Shown in pieces: positions 45,922 to 54,338 of a stretch of 64,000 nt of DNA (positions are counted from its first letter, which is position 1; each line of letters begins with the position of its first letter). Source of the DNA: an uncultured Candidatus Saccharibacteria bacterium. GTDB lineage: Bacteria; Patescibacteriota; Minisyncoccia; Phycocordibacterales; Phycocordibacteraceae. Under the pieces are notes generated by a model, which was not told the origin of the DNA, did not search any database, and saw nothing but the letters and a program-made list of their open reading frames with translations. The translations under genes and the position numbers were made by a program. The stretch spans positions 3,588 through 67,587 of the forward strand of contig CAYNOO010000002.1 in NCBI GenBank assembly GCA_964398865.1, written 5' to 3'.

Positions 45922-46761
45922 ATGTTCACTACCAGCGTTATTGCATTTCGCGAATTCTTTGAAGCCTTCCTCATTGTGGGCATTTTCTTAGGCATCTCCC
46001 GTTCGCTCGGTCTCAAGAAAGAATTTGAGATTCTACTCGCAGCCGGGATGGGCATTCTGGTTTCACTTTTTCTTGCCGTCGGTGCGTATGCCGTGGGGAA
46101 CCACGTCCGTGCTGTCCTCACTGAGGATAATGCAGAATTTCTAGAAAGCCTGCTCTTGATATTCTCCGGCGTTTTCATCGCCTATGTCGTCTTCTCACTC
46201 CACGGCATATTGGGTCGGAGTCATCGTAAGATGATTCGAGACACGGAAGCGCGCTTTAAGGCACAGGCTTTTGATGTCTCGCTCTTTTTTACGATCATGT
46301 TTCTCGTTATGCGCGAAGGTTTCGAGATTGCCATCTTCACTTCGAGCATCGCGCTTTTCACCACGTTCCTACAGAATTTTTTAGGTCTTCTTATTGGTCT
46401 CGTTCTCTCGCTCGGTGTTGGTCTCGCGAGTTTTTTCGCCTATACGGCTTTCGAAGCGCGCAAAGTATTTAGGGCGACGGAATATCTGATAATTCTCCTC
46501 GGGGCATCACTAACTCAAATTGGTATTACGAAGCTCCTTGAGACGCGTTTTGGTCTTGATCTCTCGATCATAGGTGCTATCCATCTTGGCTTCCTTCCCG
46601 ATGGTGAAAGTATCATCGGTCACGCACTTCAGAGCATGCTCGGCATTGATCAGAATTTCAGCTTTGCGAGATTAGCGATAATGATCGTGTACATTGGATT
46701 CATATACCTGTTCTTCCTCAGGCGTAGAGAACCAAAAGCCACGCCTAAGTCAGGGATCTAG
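45922..46761 (+). CDS. FTR1 family iron permease
   Basis: Two RExxE motifs (REFFE, REGFE) and about seven TM helices. Confidence 0.88.
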   Translation: MFTTSVIAFREFFEAFLIVGIFLGISRSLGLKKEFEILLAAGMGILVSLFLAVGAYAVGNHVRAVLTEDNAEFLESLLLIFSGVFIAYVVFSLHGILGRSHRKMIRDTEARFKAQAFDVSLFFTIMFLVMREGFEIAIFTSSIALFTTFLQNFLGLLIGLVLSLGVGLASFFAYTAFEARKVFRATEYLIILLGASLTQIGITKLLETRFGLDLSIIGAIHLGFLPDGESIIGHALQSMLGIDQNFSFARLAIMIVYIGFIYLFFLRRREPKATPKSGI

Positions 46762-46791
46762 TCTCCGGCATTTCTGGTATTCTGTCCTGGT

Positions 46792-47448
46792 ATGGCAATT
46801 TCTGTTGAGAAGCACGCAGATGCGGAGCTTGAAAAAAGCGGGTCGCTGACGACTGCGCGCATCCAATCTTTAGGCGACAATATATTCGCTTTTGCTATGA
46901 CGCTTCTCGTGCTGAATTTTCTTGTTCCTGAACTCGGCGCAGGAAACCCTCTGGGAATAGAGCTTCAACACCTGGCGCTTAGCATTCTTACTTATGCTAT
47001 GAGCTTCATTGTCTTAGGCATTATGTGGGTCAGCCAGCAGAATCAGTATCATTTCATCGAGCGCACTGACAGGTTTTTCCTTTGGATAAACATCTTCTTC
47101 CTCATGTGCGTCGTATTCATTCCGTTTTCAACACACCTTCTCTCTTTATACTTCACTTCAGCGCTTGCGGTTTTTCTCTACGGGCTCAACCTACTCATTT
47201 GTGGCGCTCTCCTTTATATACACTGGTCATATGCGACTCATGAGCATAGGCTTGTGGCACCGGATTTGAGCGAGAGGATCATCCATCTTGTATCGTTCCG
47301 CTTCTTTTTTATCATTGTTTGGGTCTCTGCCGCAGTTCTCGTTTCTTTCATTTCTATACCCTCTGCGTTCCTTCTCTTCGTACCGGCGATGATTCTCGGA
47401 ATGATGCCTACCGTAATGGATAAGCTTGCTCATCAGTGGCTCGGGTAA
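46792..47448 (+). CDS. TMEM175/DUF1211 family channel
   Basis: RI....D.IFAFAMTLL, Y.MSF...W and FIPFST. Confidence 0.85.
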   Translation: MAISVEKHADAELEKSGSLTTARIQSLGDNIFAFAMTLLVLNFLVPELGAGNPLGIELQHLALSILTYAMSFIVLGIMWVSQQNQYHFIERTDRFFLWINIFFLMCVVFIPFSTHLLSLYFTSALAVFLYGLNLLICGALLYIHWSYATHEHRLVAPDLSERIIHLVSFRFFFIIVWVSAAVLVSFISIPSAFLLFVPAMILGMMPTVMDKLAHQWLG

Positions 47449-47458
47449 ACTTTTTCCG

Positions 47459-47851
47459 ATGAATACTATTAATAAAGGAATGGTGTTTGGCGTCTTTGAC
47501 GGACTCCACGAGGGGCATCGATTTTTTTTGCAATCGGCTGCGGATCAATGTGAGAAGCTCATGGTTGTCGTTGCAAGGGACGATGCTTCTTCTGCTTTGA
47601 AAGGGAGAACACCGAAGCATGCCCTTGATAAGCGGGTGCAAGCAATACAATCTTTAAATCAGGTATGGACAGTGATTCCCGGAGATAGTACGCAAGGAGA
47701 GTGGAGCGCATTAAAACAGCATCAGCCGGACATGGTGTTCTTGGGACATGATCAGCACGCGGTCGCAGAGGAATTGAAGAAAATGGGAATTCCGTTCTCA
47801 TTTATAGATGCGCACGAACCTGATCAGTACAAATCAAGCTTGCTTCCTTGA
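47459..47851 (+). CDS. cytidylyltransferase-like nucleotidyltransferase (RibL/TagD-like)
   Basis: GVFDGLHEGH, VVARD and LGHDQ. Start placed at ATG 47459. Confidence 0.82.
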   Translation: MNTINKGMVFGVFDGLHEGHRFFLQSAADQCEKLMVVVARDDASSALKGRTPKHALDKRVQAIQSLNQVWTVIPGDSTQGEWSALKQHQPDMVFLGHDQHAVAEELKKMGIPFSFIDAHEPDQYKSSLLP

Positions 47852-48075
47852 AAAGCCTTCAAATAGAGCAATAAAGGAGGCACAGGCTCAGATTGACGCT
47901 CCATATAAAGAGGAGTAGTATTTTCTCAAACGGCAACAATGCCCTGCAGGGTTTAGATCCCTCCTCGCATATACGGTCGTTTGACCATTTTTAAGCCTGA
48001 AAGGGCTTACTAGTGGTATAGGTCGATGATTATAAACCGTAAAAACATTTAGATTGTATCTAAATTTAAGGAAAA

Positions 48076-48204
48076 ATGTCACAAAGCCCTGAACGCCTCT
48101 TCAGTAGATGCCCCGGATGCTCCCAAGATCTTCCTAGTAATCCTTTTTTGCACCGTTGTAGGCGCGCCAGACCAAACCCTTTAAAGGGAGGTAACGCTCA
48201 CTAG
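48076..48204 (+). CDS. 42-aa zinc-finger-like microprotein (CPGC...HRC)
   Basis: Hand translation MSQSPERLFSRCPGCSQDLPSNPFLHRCRRARPNPLKGGNAH. SD-like TAAGGA just upstream and a terminator downstream. Confidence 0.55.
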   Translation: MSQSPERLFSRCPGCSQDLPSNPFLHRCRRARPNPLKGGNAH

Positions 48205-48262
48205 AAATTGAATTAAAGAAGAATAAAAACGCCCAGCCCCGATGGGGGCACCCCTAAAAGAC

Positions 48263-48285
48263 AAACTGCTAAAGGCAGTTTTTTT
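48263..48285 (+). terminator. intrinsic terminator
   Basis: aaactgc-taaag-gcagttttttt. Confidence 0.7.
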
Positions 48286-48323
48286 ATTTTCTAAACAGGT
48301 TCTCTGGTTGTTATACTGAATAT

Positions 48324-49280
48324 ATGAATTTACACGACACTGCTTACGCGCTCATGCGAGATGGTAAGGGTGTGCTTGCAGCGGATGAAGACACTGCGAC
48401 CTTGGAGAAACGTTTTTCAATTTTTAATATTCCGTGCACAGAAGATTCGCGCCGAAGATATCGTGAGCTTGTATTTACGACACCGGGGATCGAATCGTTT
48501 CTCTCAGCGGTCATTCTTTCGGAAGAAGGAATGCGACAGAGCAGTGCGAGTGGAAATATTTTTTCAGAGCTTATCGCTTCAAAAGATATTCTTGTTGGTG
48601 TACATCTTGATGAAAATGTACCAGGCGATGTATCACGCATCCAAGAATATAAATCGCTTGCTGCGGTGTGCGTAAAAAAACGCATCACTATAGAAGTTGC
48701 AGACACGTCGAGTGAAAATTTTCGCACAGAGACGCAAAGTCTTGCAGAGTTCGCACGCGCCTGCCAAGAGAAATCTCTCGTTCCCATTTTAGGATTGGAA
48801 TTAGTACAGGTAGGTCCGCACACTGCCGCGCAAGCGGAAGATGCGCTCATCAAAGGTCTTTCTGTACTCGTTGATTCTCTCCAAACGAGCGGAGTGGATT
48901 ACAAGGGTCTGATTATTGAAACAAGTATGGCAAGCACGGGGACGGAGAATCCTTTACCTGCTGAGTCTCGCGAGGTTGCCGAGAGGACGGTGCGCGCGCT
49001 TTCCGTTGCTGTCCCAGCGTCTATTGGGGGAATTCTTTTCTTTTCTGATGGAGAAACTCCAGAATCCGCGACTGCAGACCTTAATGCAATTGCACGCTTA
49101 GAGCCGTTCCCGTGGTCTGTTGCATTTTGTTTTTCTCGTGCGCTCCAAGAACCAGTACTCAAGGTATGGCTGGGACAAGAAGAAAACGTAGCCGATGCAC
49201 AGGCTGCTCTGTACGCCCGACTTGCTTTGAATGTGCGGGCTGATGGTGCTGGATACGGTTTAGGAATGGAAGCCACTTGA
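48324..49280 (+). CDS. class I fructose-bisphosphate aldolase homolog with a degenerate active site
   Basis: GKGVLAADE, RRRYRELVFT and SRALQ are present, but the Schiff-base motif LKPNM reads IETSM. Confidence 0.8.
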   Translation: MNLHDTAYALMRDGKGVLAADEDTATLEKRFSIFNIPCTEDSRRRYRELVFTTPGIESFLSAVILSEEGMRQSSASGNIFSELIASKDILVGVHLDENVPGDVSRIQEYKSLAAVCVKKRITIEVADTSSENFRTETQSLAEFARACQEKSLVPILGLELVQVGPHTAAQAEDALIKGLSVLVDSLQTSGVDYKGLIIETSMASTGTENPLPAESREVAERTVRALSVAVPASIGGILFFSDGETPESATADLNAIARLEPFPWSVAFCFSRALQEPVLKVWLGQEENVADAQAALYARLALNVRADGAGYGLGMEAT

Positions 49281-49639
49281 GTTTTGTGTTGTATTTTGTT
49301 TTTCATCTTTTGCTCATTGCGTCTGTGTCAGAATGAGCTTTTGAACAGCTTCTGATAAATGGCTCTCTAGGCTCGTTTTGGGACGACGCCCCACCGAAAA
49401 ATTTGACAGCGGCTGCCTTTGTTACTTTTTGATTTTTAGATTGATATCCACACGATTTTTTCGGGTCAGTGATACCCACACCCATGTAGAATGCTCTATA
49501 CCTCCAGTCATTCCCGTTGTAATCTGTACGTCCCCCTAACACTTTGATTAACCGGACTGCTGAAAATAAACAATCAGCAGGACCGCAGAAAAAAACATTA
49601 AAAATTATTCCGCTCTAGGGCGGGCATCATCATCCGACC

Positions 49640-52360
49640 ATGACCACACTGCAGAAAACAAAAAAGAGAAACGGAACTATCGTTGATTTCAATCAGGAAA
49701 AAATCGTTTCTGCAGTCTCTAAGGCATTTTTTGAAGTTCTTCAGGATACGCATAGTGATGAATCACAGGCTATAGGTGAGGCTGTCGCGAGCGCTGTTCG
49801 CCTTCGTTACGCTGGCACGGCTTCCATACCCTCGGTTGAGGAAATTCAGGATCTTGTAGAGCATTCTTTGATGGAGCGCTCATATTTTGATGTCGCGAAG
49901 GCATACATCATCTACCGTTACGAGCACGCAAAGATTCGCGAAGAGAAACAAGAAGAAGTAGTCAAGAAAATCGAAGAGCGCGGACTCTTAATTGTAAAAC
50001 GAAACGGGGAACGCGAAATATTTTCTATCGATCAGATACGCAAGACCATCCAGTTCAGCGTGTTGCCTGAGAATGTGCGTGCAGTCGACATTGACGGCTT
50101 CATTTCTCAAGTGCAACGCGAAGTGTATGACGGCATCTCGACAAAAGAAATTGAGCGCACGCTCATCATGGTTGCGCGCTCGATGATTGAACGCGATCCT
50201 GCATACAATCAGCTCGCTGCGCAACTTCTTTTGAATTCTCTCTACAACGAAGTGCTGCACACCGACGCTATTTCTATTGTGTCCGGAGATTTCGACACGA
50301 CGTACCGCGCTGCATTCGTTAAGAACGTGAAGACTGCGGTGGAATTGAAACAGCTCGATGAGCGAATACTTTCTTTTGATCTTTCAAAGATTGCAGCAGC
50401 ACTTCGACCTGAGCGCGATCGCTTGTTGAAATACATTGGTGTCGCGACTCTCTCTGATCGCTACCTCATTCATAACAAAGAAAACAAGCAGCCTCTCGAG
50501 ACTCCGCAGATGCTCTACATGCGTGTTGCGATGGGAGTTGCATTGAATGAGAAAGAAAACCGCGAAGCATGGGCAATCCGTTTCTACGAGATGCTCTCAA
50601 CCTTGCGCTTCGTTCCTTCAACGCCGACCTTGTTCCACTCCGGCATGCCGCGCGCACAGCTTTCCTCTTGCTACCTCAACACCGTTGAAGATGATTTGGA
50701 CCAGATATTCAAGGTATATGGTGACAATGCGCAGATGTCCAAGTGGGCAGGCGGCATCGGCACTGACTGGACGAACCTTCGCGCTACTGGCGCCTATATA
50801 AAGAAGGCAGGTATTACATCCCAGGGCGTCGTACCGTTCTTGAAGATTGCAAACGACGTTACGGTGGCTATAAACCGCTCTGGTAGGCGCCGCGGAGCCA
50901 CTGCTGTTTACCTTGAGACATGGCACTACGACATTGAAGACTTCTTGGAGCTCCGTAAGAACACGGGAGATGAGAGACGCCGTACGCACGACATGAACAC
51001 GGCGAACTGGATTCCGGACTTGTTTATGAAACGCGTGCGTGAGAACGGCTCGTGGACATTGTTCTCTCCTGATGAGACGCCAGATCTTCACCACATCTAC
51101 GGCAAGAAATTCGAAGAAGCCTACGCTCGTTATGAGAAGCTCGCTGACGAAGGGAAGATAAAACTCTTCAAGAGAATGAAGGCAGGGGATTTGTGGAAGA
51201 AGATGCTTGCGATGCTCTACGAGACGGGACACCCATGGATTACGTTCAAAGATCCCAGCAATATCCGCTCTCCGCAAGACCACGTAGGCGTCATACACAA
51301 CTCAAACCTCTGCACAGAGATTACACTCAACAATTCAAAAGATGAGACTGCTGTCTGCAACTTGGGCTGGGTGAATTTCGCGATGCATGTGACTGGCAGC
51401 GCATTTGATCGAGAGAAAGTGAAAGAAACAGTGACGGTTGGTATGCGCATGCTCGACAATGTGATTGATCTCAACTTCTATCCGACGATTGAAGGAAGAA
51501 ACTCAAACATGCGACATCGACCAGTTGGCTTGGGTGTTGGCGGATTCCAGGATGCGCTCTACCAGCTCAATATCGATTTTGCATCTGAAGCATGCGTGCA
51601 GTTTGCTGATGAGAGTATGGAGATTCTTTCCTACTACTCGATACTCGCATCCACCGATCTTGCGCGCGAAAGGGGGGCGTATGAATCTTTTGCGGGGTCC
51701 AAGTGGGATCGAGGACTCTTGCCCGTCGACACTATCAAGCTTCTTGAAGATGAACGCGGAGAGACGATTGATGTGGCGCGTGACACCAAGCTTGATTGGA
51801 ATGCTATTCGCGACGCGATTAAGAAATACGGTATGCGCAATTCAAACTGCATGGCTATCGCTCCGACAGCCTCTACTTCGAACATTGTCTCAGTCGTTCC
51901 ATCCGTCGAACCTGTCTACAAGAACATCTACGTAGAATCCAACATCAGCGGTGACTTTACGGTGGTGAATCCGTACCTCGTTGAGGACTTGAAAAAACTG
52001 AATCTTTGGAATGATTCGATGTTGAACGAGTTGAAATATCAAGATGGCTCTGTCGGCAAGATTGCAGGCATTCCGCAAGCACTGAAAGATAAATATAAGG
52101 AAACGTTCGAGATAGATATGCGTTGGATAATTCGCGCTGCGGCATATCGCGGAAAGTGGATTGACCAGTCGCAGTCCTTGAACATCTTCTTCCGCGGCTC
52201 GTCAGGTAAGGAGCTTTCCGAGATTTACTTCTATGCATGGGAGATGGGCTTGAAGACGACGTATTACCTCCGCTCGCTCGCTGCAACTCAAGTCGAGAAA
52301 GCGACCGTTTCCACCAAGGAATTCGGCTCCACCACACGCGCGATCAGAATGCAGGCGTAG
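49640..52360 (+). CDS. nrdA: class Ia ribonucleotide reductase alpha subunit with two ATP cones; C-terminal CxxC tail out of frame
   Basis: Two KRNG ATP cones, STPTLF, LSSC, SNLCTEI, VCNLG, IAPTAS and KTTYYLR. Confidence 0.95.
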   Translation: MTTLQKTKKRNGTIVDFNQEKIVSAVSKAFFEVLQDTHSDESQAIGEAVASAVRLRYAGTASIPSVEEIQDLVEHSLMERSYFDVAKAYIIYRYEHAKIREEKQEEVVKKIEERGLLIVKRNGEREIFSIDQIRKTIQFSVLPENVRAVDIDGFISQVQREVYDGISTKEIERTLIMVARSMIERDPAYNQLAAQLLLNSLYNEVLHTDAISIVSGDFDTTYRAAFVKNVKTAVELKQLDERILSFDLSKIAAALRPERDRLLKYIGVATLSDRYLIHNKENKQPLETPQMLYMRVAMGVALNEKENREAWAIRFYEMLSTLRFVPSTPTLFHSGMPRAQLSSCYLNTVEDDLDQIFKVYGDNAQMSKWAGGIGTDWTNLRATGAYIKKAGITSQGVVPFLKIANDVTVAINRSGRRRGATAVYLETWHYDIEDFLELRKNTGDERRRTHDMNTANWIPDLFMKRVRENGSWTLFSPDETPDLHHIYGKKFEEAYARYEKLADEGKIKLFKRMKAGDLWKKMLAMLYETGHPWITFKDPSNIRSPQDHVGVIHNSNLCTEITLNNSKDETAVCNLGWVNFAMHVTGSAFDREKVKETVTVGMRMLDNVIDLNFYPTIEGRNSNMRHRPVGLGVGGFQDALYQLNIDFASEACVQFADESMEILSYYSILASTDLARERGAYESFAGSKWDRGLLPVDTIKLLEDERGETIDVARDTKLDWNAIRDAIKKYGMRNSNCMAIAPTASTSNIVSVVPSVEPVYKNIYVESNISGDFTVVNPYLVEDLKKLNLWNDSMLNELKYQDGSVGKIAGIPQALKDKYKETFEIDMRWIIRAAAYRGKWIDQSQSLNIFFRGSSGKELSEIYFYAWEMGLKTTYYLRSLAATQVEKATVSTKEFGSTTRAIRMQA

Positions 52361-52509
52361 AGGCTGGAAATGCAATGTCTGCTACAAAGGCTGCACCTGT
52401 AGTTCCAGTGCCGCAAGCAGCTCCGGTTGCTGTTGCTTCAGCTCCCGCGGCACCCCGAACCTATGTCTTGCATCGTGCTCTTGCAGCAGCGTGCGAGTCG
52501 TGTGAGTAA
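52333..52509 (+). other. -1-frame continuation of NrdA encoding the Ala/Pro linker and terminal ACESCE (internal ATG at 52375)
   Basis: Frame of track ORF 52237..52509 reads HTRDQNAGVEAGNAMSATKAAP...ALAAACESCE*. Confidence 0.8.
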
Positions 52510-52512
52510 ATA

Positions 52513-52601
52513 GATTCAGGATTCATGAAGCATGATTCAAGAATTCTGAAAAACCTTATATATCCCATTTATTAATTCTTGAATCCTGATTCTTAACTCT
52601 T
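52513..52601. repeat. two degenerate heptamer tracts in inverted orientation between nrdA and nrdB
   Basis: gattcag gattcat gaagcat gattcaa gaattct ... aattctt gaatcct gattctt aactctt. Confidence 0.65.
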
Positions 52602-52608
52602 CTCGCTT

Positions 52609-53643
52609 ATGGCAATACAAAGGAACGCAAAACCCGTCGACGTGAACCTCCGTCGCATCATAAATGGTGTCGAAGCGGACGTTATTCAGCTCTATCCTAT
52701 ACGCCATAAGTTTGCGTGGGAGTACTACAACGCGGCAAACTCCAACCACTGGCTTCCGACAGAAATCTCCATGCAGCTCGACATCGAACAGTGGAAGTCG
52801 CCAACCGCTCTGACCTCAGACGAGCGACACGCGTTCGAGACTATTCTCGGGTTCTTTACCACCGCTGACTCAATCGCCGCAAACAATATTGTCATTGGTT
52901 TCTACAAGCATGTCACCAGTCCTGAGGTGCGCATGTATTTGCTTCGCCAGGCATATGAGGAAGCGATTCATACGCATGCGTATCAGTACATCGTGGAGTC
53001 CTTAGGCATGGATGAATCGAAGATATTCAACATGTACCGCGAAGTTGACGCCCTCTACAATAAGGAAGCATTCATTCTCTCGTTTAATGAAGGAATCTTC
53101 GAGAGCAATTTCAAGACCGGCACGTTCGAGGCTGACCAGAAATTCTTAGAGAACTGGTGCGTCTTCTCACTTATCTTGGAGGGTATTTTCTTCTACTCAT
53201 CGTTTGCAGTCATGTTCGGCTTCCAGCGACAGCACAAGCTTACCGGTTCTGCCGAGCAGATTCAGTACATCATGCGCGATGAGTCCATGCACTTGAACTT
53301 CGGCTTGGAAATCATCAATGCTATTCGCGAAGAGAATCCGGAATTGTGGACCAAAAGCTTTCAGGATCGCATCATCGAACTCGTACACCAGGCAGTGAAA
53401 TTGGAATACACCTACGCGAAGGACGTCTTTCCGACAGGAATTTTCGGCTTGAACGCGGACGGCTTCAAGGAATATATTCAATTCATTGCGGACAGAAGAC
53501 TTGAGCGTGTTGGATTGCCTGCGCAGTTCCATTCACAAAACCCATTTCCATGGATGAGCGAGGCGATTGACTTGGCTAAGAAAAAGAATTTCTTCGAAAC
53601 GAGAGTGACGGAATACAAAACAGGCGGAGCCCTCAACTGGTAA
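52609..53643 (+). CDS. nrdB: class Ia ribonucleotide reductase beta subunit
   Basis: W.PTEI, FFTTAD, EEAIHTHAY (radical Tyr kept), EGIFFY, RDESMH and NFFE.RV.EY. Confidence 0.95.
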   Translation: MAIQRNAKPVDVNLRRIINGVEADVIQLYPIRHKFAWEYYNAANSNHWLPTEISMQLDIEQWKSPTALTSDERHAFETILGFFTTADSIAANNIVIGFYKHVTSPEVRMYLLRQAYEEAIHTHAYQYIVESLGMDESKIFNMYREVDALYNKEAFILSFNEGIFESNFKTGTFEADQKFLENWCVFSLILEGIFFYSSFAVMFGFQRQHKLTGSAEQIQYIMRDESMHLNFGLEIINAIREENPELWTKSFQDRIIELVHQAVKLEYTYAKDVFPTGIFGLNADGFKEYIQFIADRRLERVGLPAQFHSQNPFPWMSEAIDLAKKKNFFETRVTEYKTGGALNW

Positions 53644-53657
53644 GAGGTCGCTCGCAC

Positions 53658-53766
53658 CCATTATTCGGGAAACGCTCGGCTTCTCCTGCGGAAGCCTCGC
53701 TCGTCCTCGACCGAACTCTGCTTCGCAGACCAAGCAGTTCGGTCTGCGAATGTTCGCGAATAATGG
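53658..53766. other. structured non-coding element with 10-bp terminal inverted repeats
   Basis: ccattattcg...cgaataatgg enclosing several GC-rich hairpins. Confidence 0.55.
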
Positions 53767-53882
53767 ATACTCGCTTTTAAGTGAAAGGAGGCGCGTGGTA
53801 GGCGGATGTTTGTTTGTAGTCCATAGGTATTAAAGTGGAAATAAAACCTTGACAGGTGTTTGTTTTATGCTTTTATGTTTGT

Positions 53883-54266
53883 GTGGATCAAATAAAGAGA
53901 TTTGAATATCGTGGATTTGATCCGAAGGAAAAGATCCCTCATGGCACAGAGGATGAAGAATTCGGAATGCCTAAGCATTGGTGCGCTATCTGTAAGGATT
54001 GGATAGTGGGCGATAGGGAATGGCGTAAGCACTTAAAAGTTACTGGACATCGAGAACCAGAAACCACCATGAGACCTACATCAGAAAAAATTACATGGGA
54101 AAGAGCTAAGGTACCGCATCATGGTGCGGTTATGGTGGAGAAGGAGGGTGGCGCGCTGAAGCGATATTGCAGTTTCTGTGAGGAATGGAAGAGCGATGAG
54201 GGATGGCTTGATCACATCAACAAGACAGGTCATCGTACCGTTTTTCCGGATCCGAAAAAGCAGTAA
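53883..54266 (+). CDS. small protein with two C2H2 zinc fingers
   Basis: CAIC-x12-H-x5-H and CSFC-x11-H-x5-H. Start placed at GTG 53883 downstream of TTGACA (53849); track start is 53856. Confidence 0.7.
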   Translation: MDQIKRFEYRGFDPKEKIPHGTEDEEFGMPKHWCAICKDWIVGDREWRKHLKVTGHREPETTMRPTSEKITWERAKVPHHGAVMVEKEGGALKRYCSFCEEWKSDEGWLDHINKTGHRTVFPDPKKQ

Positions 54267-54338
54267 ACAAGAATTATGTCTGATAGTTTTATTACAACCG
54301 CTGCCAAGCGGATTTTGTTTTTGTGGCATACTGGAGAA

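Noticed and set aside
49281-49639. NrdR boxes upstream of nrdA, and ORF 49303..49542
   Set aside because: Candidate 16-mers match the NrdR consensus poorly. The ORF has no supporting motif or start signal.
50618-51298. Long antisense ORFs (for example 50618..51298, 39371..40036, 38776..39291, 15946..16455)
   Set aside because: They lie opposite well-supported genes and lack recognisable motifs, as expected for antisense shadows.
52609-53643. Chlamydia-type class Ic (Mn/Fe) NrdB
   Set aside because: The radical Tyr (HTHAY) and first-ligand Asp (TTAD) are retained, consistent with class Ia.
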